Source: Vulcanimicrobiota bacterium (GTDB lineage Bacteria > Vulcanimicrobiota > Xenobia > Xenobiales > JADMJV01). From it: 64,000 nucleotides of DNA. The stretch spans positions 1,352,008 to 1,416,007 of the forward strand of contig JBFWNU010000001.1 of the NCBI GenBank assembly GCA_050250895.1, in the 5' to 3' direction. A program made the translations under genes and the position numbers. The notes under the pieces were generated by a model. It saw only the letters and a list, made by a program, of their open reading frames with translations. It ran no database searches and was not told where the DNA came from. Within the stretch, counting starts at the first letter, position 1; each line of letters begins with the position of its first letter. This document shows, piece after piece, positions 1 through 9,036 of this stretch.

Positions 1-1
1 C

Positions 2-979
2 GCGGCCGTTCGCATCCACTGGGCCGCCAAGCCTCGCTCGGGGCTGGTCTTCACGATTCACAACATCGCTCATCAGGGCATGTGCGCCAACTCGAAGTGG
101 CCGCTCCTGGGCGTCTACAACGCCATGGGTCACCTCAACCTGATGGAGCAGGCCATCTATGCCGCCGACGTGATCACGACCGTCAGCCCGACTTATGCCA
201 ACGAGATCCGAACCCGCGAGTACGGGTTTGGGCTCGACAGTATTCTCTGGCAGCGTTCGGATCGTCTGGTCGGTATTCTCAATGGTATCGATACCGAGAG
301 TTGGAATCCGGCCACCGATGAGGAGTTGGTCGGCAACTATGATGCCGGCCACCTGCGGGGCAAGGCCCGCTGCAAAGCTCATTTACAGAAGAAGATGGGA
401 CTGGCGGTCAATCCCGACGTTCCGCTCATCGGAGTCGTCAGCCGTCTCGACGATCAGAAAGGGATCAGCCTGATTGTCGACTCGTTGGGCGATATCCTGG
501 CCCTGACCAACGCTCAGCTGATGGTGCTGGGCTCCGGGCACGATGCCTATGAGAACGCCTTTCGTCGGGCCACCCATCACCATCCGGACCGCATCGCCAA
601 CTATATCGGTTTCCACGCCGGCCTGGCCCGAGAGGTGTATGCGGGCTCCGACATTTTCTTGATGCCTTCATCCTTTGAGCCGTGCGGCTTGAGCCAGCTG
701 ATCGCCATGCGCTATGGGACGCTTCCGGTGGTGCGCGCCACCGGCGGGCTGGTCGACACCGTGCGCGATCGGGTGCACGAAGATGGCGTTGGTTATCTGT
801 TTGGTCCCTATGACAAAGGCTCGATGCTGGGGGGGCTCGGGCGAGCCCTGCGCGACTATTGGGAGCGGGGCTCCTGGGAAGCGGCGATGCGGCGGGCTAT
901 GAGTCTCGATTTCTCCTGGGACCGCTCGGCGGCCCGCTATGAGGAAATCTATCAGTGGGCGGTGGACGTTTCCCGCTAA
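2..979 (+). CDS. glgA: Glycogen synthase (GT5), 5'-truncated by window edge
   Basis: Frame open from base 2 with FTIHNIAHQG; TTVSPTYA, GILNGID, SRLDDQKG and MPSSFEPCGLSQLIAMRYG motifs. Confidence 0.95.
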   Translation, partial: AAVRIHWAAKPRSGLVFTIHNIAHQGMCANSKWPLLGVYNAMGHLNLMEQAIYAADVITTVSPTYANEIRTREYGFGLDSILWQRSDRLVGILNGIDTESWNPATDEELVGNYDAGHLRGKARCKAHLQKKMGLAVNPDVPLIGVVSRLDDQKGISLIVDSLGDILALTNAQLMVLGSGHDAYENAFRRATHHHPDRIANYIGFHAGLAREVYAGSDIFLMPSSFEPCGLSQLIAMRYGTLPVVRATGGLVDTVRDRVHEDGVGYLFGPYDKGSMLGGLGRALRDYWERGSWEAAMRRAMSLDFSWDRSAARYEEIYQWAVDVSR

Positions 980-1562
980 GGTTCTAACGGCGGCCGTCGG
1001 GGCGGTGGTGGTGACCATCGCTGTCCTGAGCTTGAGCGGGCGGGTGTGGTGGTGCGCCTGCGGCCAGGCCTATCCCTTCAGTCTCGACATCTGGAGTGCG
1101 CATAACTCCCAGCACCTGGCCGACCCGTATGTCTTTACTCACCTGCTGCACGGGTTTCTCTTTTGCGCGCTGGCCCGGCTGCTCGTTCGCGACCGTCTCG
1201 AGCCCGAGCAGGTCTGGTTGCTGGTGGTGCTGGTCGAGTGTCTGTGGGAGTTAGCCGAGAACACTCCCTCGGTCATTGTCCGCTATCGTGAGTCGACTCT
1301 GGCCCTGGACTACTTTGGTGATTCCATCGCTAATTCGCTGGGCGATATCCTGGCCTGTGCCCTCGGGTGTTGGCTGGGGTTGCGTCTGCCAGTGTGGGCT
1401 TCGGTATCGATTTTCCTGATCACCGAGGTCTTGTTGGCCCTGTGGATTCGGGACGGACTGCTGTTGAGCGTGTGGATGCTGTTCTTCTCTACCGAGACCA
1501 TCCGCCAATGGCAGCTGCATGGTAGGGATATGCCACAGGGAGCGAGGTGGTTGGGGTGGTAA
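939..1562 (+). CDS. DUF2585 (UPF0314) membrane protein; exact start uncertain
   Basis: GRxWWCACG, HNSQHLADPYxFTHxxHG, WELAENTP and YFGDSIANS motifs. Confidence 0.85.
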   Translation: MRKSISGRWTFPAKVLTAAVGAVVVTIAVLSLSGRVWWCACGQAYPFSLDIWSAHNSQHLADPYVFTHLLHGFLFCALARLLVRDRLEPEQVWLLVVLVECLWELAENTPSVIVRYRESTLALDYFGDSIANSLGDILACALGCWLGLRLPVWASVSIFLITEVLLALWIRDGLLLSVWMLFFSTETIRQWQLHGRDMPQGARWLGW

Positions 1563-1574
1563 GATAGACGAGGG

Positions 1575-1964
1575 ATGTTGTCAAGACGAACATACGGGGC
1601 CCTGTTGGTGGAAGCTCTCGTGAGTTTTATGATATTTCTGGTCGCCACCATGTCACTCTATGGGCTTCTGGCCACGGCTCGTCGCTCTGAGGCAAGGGCC
1701 CGCCAGCTGACGGCCGCCAGTCAGCTGGGCCGTGAGTTGTTGGAGCGCTACCGCTCTCGCGCCTTCGCTGAAGTGACACCAGGGACCGAGAAAGGGCGGG
1801 TTCGCCTCGAGACCCGCCGCGACAACCTGGCGGGGCTTTTAGTGCTAGACTATCAGGTTCAAGTCAGTTCGGGGCCCGGCAGTCTCAAGAGCGTGGTGGT
1901 CACGATCTGGTGGACTCAGGAGCCGGCCGGCAAGGTCGAGATGGAGAGTTATGTCGGGCCGTAG
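1575..1964 (+). CDS. Type IV pilin-like minor pilin (PilV-like)
   Basis: Class III signal peptide RRTYG|ALLVE followed by a hydrophobic helix. Confidence 0.7.
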   Translation: MLSRRTYGALLVEALVSFMIFLVATMSLYGLLATARRSEARARQLTAASQLGRELLERYRSRAFAEVTPGTEKGRVRLETRRDNLAGLLVLDYQVQVSSGPGSLKSVVVTIWWTQEPAGKVEMESYVGP

Positions 1965-2499
1965 GGGCATGTCGCTGGTCGAGGTGATGGTCTACTGCAT
2001 GCTGCTGGCGCTGTTCTCGGCAGCCGTCTTCGTGTCGCTTCCGAGCAGGGCCACCCGCACCACCCAGGACCTGCACCAGGCCACCAGCCAGGCGAGCCTG
2101 GCCCTGACGCGTCTGGTGGGCGAACTCGACAACAGTCTGGCCAGTACCGTCTCGAACACCGACAGTTCGGTCCTCTTTCTTTCAGCCACGCCCCAGAAGG
2201 GGGGCCTTCGCTACGATTCCGAGGGAGAGTTGCTGTGGCAGGGTTGGGTTGCTTACGTCTACGAGAAGCCCACGCTCACTCGCTACTGGCTGCCGCTGGC
2301 CAGCGAAAGCGTGAAAAGCGGCGTGGGCACGACCCCAACTCTCGACCAGGTCCGCAAAGGCAGTGCCCGGGTTATCGCCCGCGGGGTCACTTTCTTTAGC
2401 GTCACTCGCGAGTCGTCTAGCCTGTGGGTCTTTCAGGCCCGGGTGGAGGTGGGCGGATCCTTTCACCGTCTGCGGACCGGGGGAGGGCCACGCCGATGA
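1951..2499 (+). CDS. Type IV pilin-like minor pilin (PilW/GspJ-like)
   Basis: RRG|MSLVEVMV prepilin cleavage motif with Glu+5; overlaps previous gene. Confidence 0.8.
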   Translation: MSGRRGMSLVEVMVYCMLLALFSAAVFVSLPSRATRTTQDLHQATSQASLALTRLVGELDNSLASTVSNTDSSVLFLSATPQKGGLRYDSEGELLWQGWVAYVYEKPTLTRYWLPLASESVKSGVGTTPTLDQVRKGSARVIARGVTFFSVTRESSSLWVFQARVEVGGSFHRLRTGGGPRR

Positions 2500-3725
2500 G
2501 AACCCGTCGCCGTGCCGCCATGCTGATTGTAGCTCTGTCGTTGATCGGGGTGCTCTGGTTTTTGGTCATCGGTTTTGCCCACCACTCCTCTCAGGCGGTG
2601 CGCTTGGCTCGGGCGGGCCTGGCTTCGGAGCGGGCTCTGTGGGCGGCCGAGGCGGGCATCCGGCAGACTCTTGAAGGTTTGACCAAGGATGTCAGCTATC
2701 GCCCCAAGAGTGGCTACACCGCCATGGCCCACACGGGCGAGAGCTATAAAGTGCAGGTTTTTACCTCGCTCAACTCGCCGATCAAGCTCTCCACCAGCGG
2801 GCTCTACGTGTTGTCCACGGGCCGCGATCGTTCTGGTCTCGAGCGGCGGGTCGCGGTGGTGGTCACCATCAGCCAGGGTTCGAGCCCGGTCAGCTTTTCG
2901 GTCTTCGCCAATCACCTCGATATGAGTGGGGGCTGCTCGATGGACTCGTTCAACTCGACGGTGGGCTCTTATCCTCGCGGCAGCGAAGCCACCGTGGCCA
3001 CCAATGCAACGAAGGCGGCCTCGATCGAGCTCTCGGGCGGCTCGTATATCCAGGGCCGAATCCAGGTCGGACCGGGCGGAGTGACGGGCGAGGCCAGGCC
3101 CAGCAAGCCTACCAAGAACACCAACAACGTCGTCTGGAAAGACTGGAGTTGTTGGAGTCTCGACGAGTCCAATCTGGATAAGCCCATCGAACTACCTGCT
3201 GTCAGCAGCCCGAGTGCCGGCAGCACCGATTTGAAGGTCAACTACAAAGGGGCTGACGTGGCTCCCGGCAGCTATGCCGAGTTGCAGGCCAGCGGGGGCG
3301 GCGAGGTGCGGCTTAAAGGCGGTGTCTACGTCTTCAAGTCGATCAAGCTCACGGGTGGCGCCAAGCTCAGCTTTACCGGCACCAGCGAACCGGCCGTGGT
3401 CTATATCACCGAATCGTTGGACATGTCCAACGGGGTTTTCTATAACACCAGCCTGCGTCCTAAGAATCTCGTCTTCATGCTGGCCAAGGGGGCCGAAGCC
3501 AAGCTCACGGGCGGAGCCCAGGCCTATGCCATTGTCTATGGTCCCGAAGCCAACCTCGACCTGACCGGCGGCACCGACCTCTACGGCGCCCTGGTGGGTA
3601 ATGACGTGAAACTGCGGGGAGGCTCGCGCGTTCATTACGATGTGGATCTGGCCAAGAATCCTCCGGCCGTGTTCGGCCAGACCGGCAGCGGGGGGATGTC
3701 GGTCCAGAGTTGGCAGAGACTCTAG
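2496..3725 (+). CDS. PilX/GspK-like pilin with large Gly-rich beta-solenoid C-terminal domain
   Basis: ATGA overlap with upstream stop; RRRAA-MLIVAL helix lacking E5, then ALWAAEAGI (PilX-like); repeated LSGG/LTGG units. Confidence 0.7.
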   Translation: MRTRRRAAMLIVALSLIGVLWFLVIGFAHHSSQAVRLARAGLASERALWAAEAGIRQTLEGLTKDVSYRPKSGYTAMAHTGESYKVQVFTSLNSPIKLSTSGLYVLSTGRDRSGLERRVAVVVTISQGSSPVSFSVFANHLDMSGGCSMDSFNSTVGSYPRGSEATVATNATKAASIELSGGSYIQGRIQVGPGGVTGEARPSKPTKNTNNVVWKDWSCWSLDESNLDKPIELPAVSSPSAGSTDLKVNYKGADVAPGSYAELQASGGGEVRLKGGVYVFKSIKLTGGAKLSFTGTSEPAVVYITESLDMSNGVFYNTSLRPKNLVFMLAKGAEAKLTGGAQAYAIVYGPEANLDLTGGTDLYGALVGNDVKLRGGSRVHYDVDLAKNPPAVFGQTGSGGMSVQSWQRL

Positions 3726-5530
3726 CGCAGCAGGTCCTCGACGGCGCTGCGGGTGAGACTGTGGTAATTGAGTCGGGCCCGCTCGAAGATCTTGGTGGCC
3801 CAGGCTTTGCCGCCGGGCTGGGCCACCATGGTCTCGAACAGCGGTTCGACGAACTTGCGCCGACCCACCTCGATCAGGAAGTCTTCGACCGCCGGGTAGG
3901 CCGGCTGATATTGGACCCGCACGGCCGTGCGTAGCCAGGCGAAGAGCAGCTCTGCGTTGCGTGAACGAGTAAAGTCGAAGCCCTGATCGAGTTCGGCCAT
4001 CTGAGCCAGGGTGACGTTTTCAGGCAGACTCCGCAAGAAGTGAAGCCATTCGTGACTTGACCATCCTGAAGTCTTGAGGTCACTGGTCGGCGAACCGGCC
4101 AGCCAACGGGCAAGTTCCGCGTCTACCTGGGCGAACAGTTGGCTGGTAGGAGGGGGAAAGCTGGGCAGGCCCGGCTCATAAATCCAGGCCTCGAGGTCCA
4201 GGGGTGGGTCGAGCCGGAGGCGCACCTCCTCGACGAATCCTTCGGTGGTCATGGTCGAGAAGGCGTGGCGGTCGAAATACCCGGCCAGAAATTGGTCAAA
4301 TCGCGGCCGGCCCACCGAACGCTCCAGAGCCACCAGAAAAAGGTAGCCTTTCTCATAGGCTATGTCGGACATCCCCAGGTCGGGGTCGCGGTCGGTCAGT
4401 TCTAGCTTGAGACGGGTGTCGGGGCTGTCGGCGCCCAGGTCGTCCAGGGTTTCGAGCAGATCGCCGTAACCCAGCACGGCCAGCATCTCGGCATAGTCCG
4501 GCCCCTCCATCCGCTCCATGATCCGGCGCTCGAAATAGTCGGTGAAGCCTTCATTGAGCCAGAAATCGTTCCAGGTGGCGTTGGTGACCAGATTGCCGGA
4601 CCATGAATGGGCCAGCTCATGGGCCACCAGCGGCGTCAGTGAGCGGTCGCCAGCGATGACCGTCGGGGTCACGAAGGTCAGTCGAGGGTTCTCCATGCCG
4701 CCAAAGGGGAAGCTGGGCGGCAGTACCAGCAGGTCGTAGCGACCCCAGCGGTACGGTCCATAGAGAGCCTCGGCTACTTCCAGCATCTGGTCGGTCTGGG
4801 CGAATTCATAAGCGGCTGCAGCCACAGTTTCAGGCTCGGCGTAAACCCCGGTGCGCTCGCCCAGGGGGGCGAAGGCCAGACGGCCCACTGCCAGAGCCAT
4901 CAGATACGCCGGGATCGGTCTTCGCTGAGTAAAGGTGTAGACTCCGTCGGAGCTTTCTTGCTGAGGATTCTCGGCGCTCATTAGGGCCAGCATGCCGGGG
5001 TTGGTCTTGACTGTGGCCTGATAGTCAAAGCGCACCCCCGGGCTGTCCTGGCAGGGCAACCAGCTGCGAGCCAGGATGGCCTGGGATTGGGTGAACAGAA
5101 AGGGGGCCCGGCGGCCGGCTGTTTGCTCGGGGGTGAGCCACTGTAGGGCGGGCGCCTCGGGATGGGTCTGATAGTCGATGCTGATCCGTCGGGTCGAGGG
5201 CCGCAGGTGGACCACCAGCGGGCGGCCTAGCACCGGATCGGCCGGACCCAGCTCCCAATCGAGCGGTCCGCTCGAGTCGGTCACGCGCTCGATGGTCAGG
5301 GCGAAGGTGTCGAACACCACCTGCTCGGCCCGAGGGGCAGGCTTGATGTCCCAATTCGCCTGGCCCTGGAGGCGCCGGGTGCGAAAGTCTACGGCCAGAC
5401 GCAGGTCGAGATGGGTCACCACCGCCTCGTTGGGCTGGCAGTAGCTATGGGGATCCGGACCGGCCGTCGCCAGACTGGTCAGAAGCAATAGCCAGGCCGC
5501 GATTCTCAGCGGGCAGCGATTTTTAACCAT
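3722..5530 (-). CDS. M1 family zinc aminopeptidase (leukotriene A4 hydrolase-like), probable signal peptide
   Basis: GGMEN, HELAH-x18-E (WLNEG), YEKG and VGRRKF motifs; start taken at MVKNR. Confidence 0.93.
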   Translation of the reverse strand: MVKNRCPLRIAAWLLLLTSLATAGPDPHSYCQPNEAVVTHLDLRLAVDFRTRRLQGQANWDIKPAPRAEQVVFDTFALTIERVTDSSGPLDWELGPADPVLGRPLVVHLRPSTRRISIDYQTHPEAPALQWLTPEQTAGRRAPFLFTQSQAILARSWLPCQDSPGVRFDYQATVKTNPGMLALMSAENPQQESSDGVYTFTQRRPIPAYLMALAVGRLAFAPLGERTGVYAEPETVAAAAYEFAQTDQMLEVAEALYGPYRWGRYDLLVLPPSFPFGGMENPRLTFVTPTVIAGDRSLTPLVAHELAHSWSGNLVTNATWNDFWLNEGFTDYFERRIMERMEGPDYAEMLAVLGYGDLLETLDDLGADSPDTRLKLELTDRDPDLGMSDIAYEKGYLFLVALERSVGRPRFDQFLAGYFDRHAFSTMTTEGFVEEVRLRLDPPLDLEAWIYEPGLPSFPPPTSQLFAQVDAELARWLAGSPTSDLKTSGWSSHEWLHFLRSLPENVTLAQMAELDQGFDFTRSRNAELLFAWLRTAVRVQYQPAYPAVEDFLIEVGRRKFVEPLFETMVAQPGGKAWATKIFERARLNYHSLTRSAVEDLLR

Positions 5531-5633
5531 GGCGGGCCTTTCAGGACCGGCTGTGGGGTTCCCTCCGGCAGGACATGCCTGCCCCCTGTTCGTAGAAGCA
5601 GGTTCTCGTATTTCTTCTGAAGGAGACCGTCCG

Positions 5634-6632
5634 GTGGAATTTGGCATTACTTTCAAAGGGGACATCGGGCTCGAGCGCACGGTGGCACTCTGCAAACAGG
5701 CCGAAGTGGCCGGCTTCGACTACGCCTGGTTTTTCGACTCGCATGTGTTGTGGGCCGAGTGTTACACCACGATGGCGGTCTGTATGCGCGAGACTCAGCG
5801 GTTGCGCTACGGCCCCTGCGTGACCAATCCAGGCGTGCGCGACTGGACGGTGGCCGCCAGCACCTTTGCTCAATTGGCCAACATCAGCGATAATCGCTAC
5901 GACCTGGGCGTCGGCCGAGGCGACAGTTCGCTGCGCATGCTGGGCCGCAAACCCTTCACCGTCAAGAGCACCGTGGACTTCATGTATCTGATCAAGAAGA
6001 TGGCCCGAGGCGAGACGGTCCATATCCATGGCCGCGACCTGGAGTTCACCTGGGCTAAGCCCGAGACCGAGATCCCTTGCTGGTTTGCTGCCTATGGCCC
6101 GATGGCCCTCAAGGCCGCTGGCGAGCACGCCGACGGTATCATCCTGCAGCTGGCCGACCCCTGGCTGATCGACTGGTTCGCCAGCCAATCGCGCCAGGCG
6201 GCCAAGGAGGCGGGCCGAGACCCGGCCTCGCTACGAGTGATGTCGGCCGCCCCGGTGTGGGTGGGCGACATCGAGAAGGCCCGCCAGCAAACCCGCTGGT
6301 TTCCGGCCATGGTGGGCAATCACGTGGCCGACATCGTCAGCAAATACGGCTCGGGCAGCAGCAATGTGCCCCAGCGTTTGACCGACTACATCGAGGGCCG
6401 CAAAGGCTATGACTATAAGCAGCACGCCGACAAGGACGCCGACCACCTCGATTTTATCTCCAACGACATCATCGATAGCTTCAGCATCCTCGGCCCCGTG
6501 GAAGAGCACGTCAAGAAGCTCAAAGAACTCGAGGCCGCCGGCGTGACCCAGTTCAACATCTACTTGATGTGCGGCGAAGAAGAGAGGCTGGTCGCCGAAT
6601 ACGCCAACCACGTCCTGCCCCACTTTCGCTAG
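5634..6632 (+). CDS. LLM-class oxidoreductase, probably F420-dependent (TIGR03842-like)
   Basis: AGGAGA RBS and GTG start; FDSHVLW, GPCVTNP, GVGRGDS, RWFPAMVGNHVAD and YDY..H motifs. Confidence 0.85.
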   Translation: MEFGITFKGDIGLERTVALCKQAEVAGFDYAWFFDSHVLWAECYTTMAVCMRETQRLRYGPCVTNPGVRDWTVAASTFAQLANISDNRYDLGVGRGDSSLRMLGRKPFTVKSTVDFMYLIKKMARGETVHIHGRDLEFTWAKPETEIPCWFAAYGPMALKAAGEHADGIILQLADPWLIDWFASQSRQAAKEAGRDPASLRVMSAAPVWVGDIEKARQQTRWFPAMVGNHVADIVSKYGSGSSNVPQRLTDYIEGRKGYDYKQHADKDADHLDFISNDIIDSFSILGPVEEHVKKLKELEAAGVTQFNIYLMCGEEERLVAEYANHVLPHFR

Positions 6633-7482
6633 CGTTGGTCATCAGCGCGACCCCCGCCAGCGAGAGCAGACTGGCCACGACCGTGCGCGCGCTCAGCGGT
6701 TCAGAGCCCAGCCAGCAGCCTAGCCAGAGGGCTACCACGGGATTGACGTAGGCGTGGGTGGCCAGCACGTGGGTCGGGCAGTTGCTCAAGAGCCAGTTGT
6801 AGGCCCAGAAAGCCAGTAGCGAGCCGAACAGGGTGAGGTAGGCCATGGCCAGCCAGCCGTTTCGGGTCGTGGACCAGGGGTCAAAGCGTTCTCCGGTAGC
6901 GGTGCCAACCAGGCAAAGCAGCAGACCGGCCCAGAGCATCTGCATGCCGGCCCGCAGGCCAATGGGCAGGGGGTGGGTGCGGCGGGCATAAAGCGACCCC
7001 ACCGCCCAGGCCAGAGCCGAAACCAGCAGGGCGGCGGTAGCCAGCAGTTGGCGCGCCTCGAGCAGGTCGGGGTCGACCAGCAGGCCTAATCCGGCCAGGC
7101 CCAGGGCGACGCCGGCCAGACGGTTGGCGGTGAGAGGCTTCTGGCTGTCGAGCAAAGTGACCCAGAGAGGCGAGGTGCCCACCAGCAGGGCGGCCAGTCC
7201 CGAAGCAACCCACTGTTCCGACCAGGCCACCAGGCCCGGTCCCAGCACCAGCAGCAAGCTGCCGAGAGCGGCCTGCTGGCGCCATTGGTCCAGGCTCGGA
7301 GCGGGTTGGCCGGTCAGGCGCGCGGCCAGGTAGAGGCCGGCGCCGGCTACCAGAAAGCGCAGGCCAATCAAATGCAGAGGCGGGATCGATTCGAGCCCGA
7401 CCGTGATGGCGTAAAAGGTCGAGCCCCACACCAGGTAGACGGTGGCTAGAGCTAGACCCCGAGTGATGGTCTTGTTTTCCAT
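6553..7482 (-). CDS. EamA/DMT family transporter
   Basis: VYLVWGSTF and YVNPVVA..LG..LGSE motifs; about 10 hydrophobic helices. Confidence 0.9.
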   Translation of the reverse strand: MENKTITRGLALATVYLVWGSTFYAITVGLESIPPLHLIGLRFLVAGAGLYLAARLTGQPAPSLDQWRQQAALGSLLLVLGPGLVAWSEQWVASGLAALLVGTSPLWVTLLDSQKPLTANRLAGVALGLAGLGLLVDPDLLEARQLLATAALLVSALAWAVGSLYARRTHPLPIGLRAGMQMLWAGLLLCLVGTATGERFDPWSTTRNGWLAMAYLTLFGSLLAFWAYNWLLSNCPTHVLATHAYVNPVVALWLGCWLGSEPLSARTVVASLLSLAGVALMTNASESGAGRGWRIRRPASLLRRTSSRC

Positions 7483-7536
7483 AGCTTTGACTGTAGGGGC
7501 GCCGTCAGCGGGAAAACAGAGGCAGTCTGGTGAAAT

Positions 7537-7618
7537 TGTATGCTCGACAGTTTCTTCTTTTGTACGACTGTATGCTGACTTGTTGAGGTAGGCTGTACTG
7601 CTTTGGCCAAACTGTATG
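7537..7618. promoter_or_regulatory. Putative MocR operator repeats
   Basis: TGTATGCT at 7537 and 7569, plus TGTACG (7561), CTGTACTG (7593) and ACTGTATG (7611), between divergent EamA and MocR genes. Confidence 0.55.
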
Positions 7619-9036
7619 AGCGCGTAGCTAGCGAGGTTGCCCGCCGGGTGGATGTGGGTGTCTATGGCTATGGAGAAAGGATTCCCTCGGTGCGTCACCT
7701 CAGTCGAGAACTCGAGGTGAGCACGACCACCGTGGTCGAGGCATACAGATTGCTCGAGGACCAGGGATTGGTGGAAGCCCGTCCTCAATCCGGCTACTAC
7801 GTTCGCCATCCTTCGTTCGACGACCATTGCCCGCGGCTCCACTGCCCGCGACCCGAGCGGCCGGTACCGGTTACAGTGGCTGATATGGTCATGACGGTCA
7901 TGCGCGACAACTACCTGGGAGGCGCTCGCCTGGCGGACGCCTCTCCGGCTCCCGATTTGCTTCCGGTCAAGCGCCTGCAGAGGTCGGTAGCGCTGGCTGC
8001 CCGCGAGTCCGCGTGCCTATCGCGCTACGACACCCCTCCGGGATGCCCTGAACTGCGAGTTCAGATCGCGCGCCTGGCTCTGGCCGCGGGATGTCAGGTC
8101 TCGCCTGAAGAGATCGTGTTGACGACCGGATGCCAGGAGGCTCTCACCCTGTGCCTGCGGGCAGTGTGCGAAGTGGGCGATGTGGTGGCCATCGAGTCTC
8201 CTACCTTTTACGGGCAGCTTCAGGCCATCGAGATGCTGGGCTTGCGGGTCTTGGAGATTCCCAGCGACCCGCTCGAGGGGATCAGTCTAGATGCCCTTTT
8301 GCTGGCTCTCGAGCAGATGCCGGTGCGGGCGGTCATGGTCACCCCCAGCCATAGCAATCCGACCGGCAGCTGCATGAGCGTGGCCCACCGCCGGGAACTG
8401 GTCTCGATGCTGGCTGAGTGGGACGTGCCCATGATCGAGGATGACGTCTATGGCGATCTTGGCTTTGGACTCAAGCGCCTGCCGGCCGCCAAGTCGTTTG
8501 ACCGCTCGGGACGCGTGCTCTATTGTTCTTCTTTCTCGAAGACACTGGCTCCGGGCCATCGGTTGGGCTGGGCCGTCGCCGGTCGCTATCAGCCTCAGGT
8601 GGAACGACTCAAAACTTTGACCAACCTGGCCTCTCCTTCCCTGTTGGCGCGCGGAATGGCTGACTTCTTGAGGGGTTCTCGCTACGAGCGCCACCTGCGT
8701 ACGGTGCGCCGAGAATACGCCCGGCGGGTGCGCCTGATGCGCGAAGCGGTGTTGGCCGAATTCCCCGCTGGCACCCGCGTTTCTAACCCGCGGGGGGGCT
8801 ATGTCCTATGGGTCGAGTTGCCGCGTGGCCTGGACACGGTCGCCCTCTATCCCAAAGCCGTCGAGGCCGGGGTGCCCTTCGCCCCCGGTCCGATGTTTTC
8901 GGCCGGTAAACGGCTCAAGCATTGCCTCCGTCTGACCGCTTCGGTGTGGCAACCAGAGCAAGAGCAGGCCATCGCCCGACTGGGTCGTCTGGTGAGCCTT
9001 GAATCCCATGCTACAATGAAGGTTCGGGCACCATGA
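7603..9036 (+). CDS. MocR/GabR-family GntR regulator with PLP aminotransferase domain
   Basis: wHTH RIPSVRHLS...EARPQSGYYV; IEDDVY, SFSKTLAPG.RLGW. Confidence 0.93.
   Translation: MAKLYERVASEVARRVDVGVYGYGERIPSVRHLSRELEVSTTTVVEAYRLLEDQGLVEARPQSGYYVRHPSFDDHCPRLHCPRPERPVPVTVADMVMTVMRDNYLGGARLADASPAPDLLPVKRLQRSVALAARESACLSRYDTPPGCPELRVQIARLALAAGCQVSPEEIVLTTGCQEALTLCLRAVCEVGDVVAIESPTFYGQLQAIEMLGLRVLEIPSDPLEGISLDALLLALEQMPVRAVMVTPSHSNPTGSCMSVAHRRELVSMLAEWDVPMIEDDVYGDLGFGLKRLPAAKSFDRSGRVLYCSSFSKTLAPGHRLGWAVAGRYQPQVERLKTLTNLASPSLLARGMADFLRGSRYERHLRTVRREYARRVRLMREAVLAEFPAGTRVSNPRGGYVLWVELPRGLDTVALYPKAVEAGVPFAPGPMFSAGKRLKHCLRLTASVWQPEQEQAIARLGRLVSLESHATMKVRAP

Noticed and set aside
6553-6632. Convergent 3' overlaps (also 36519-36551, 61660-61758 and 15042-15060)
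   Set aside because: Common in compact GC-rich genomes through stop-codon drift; no evidence of function
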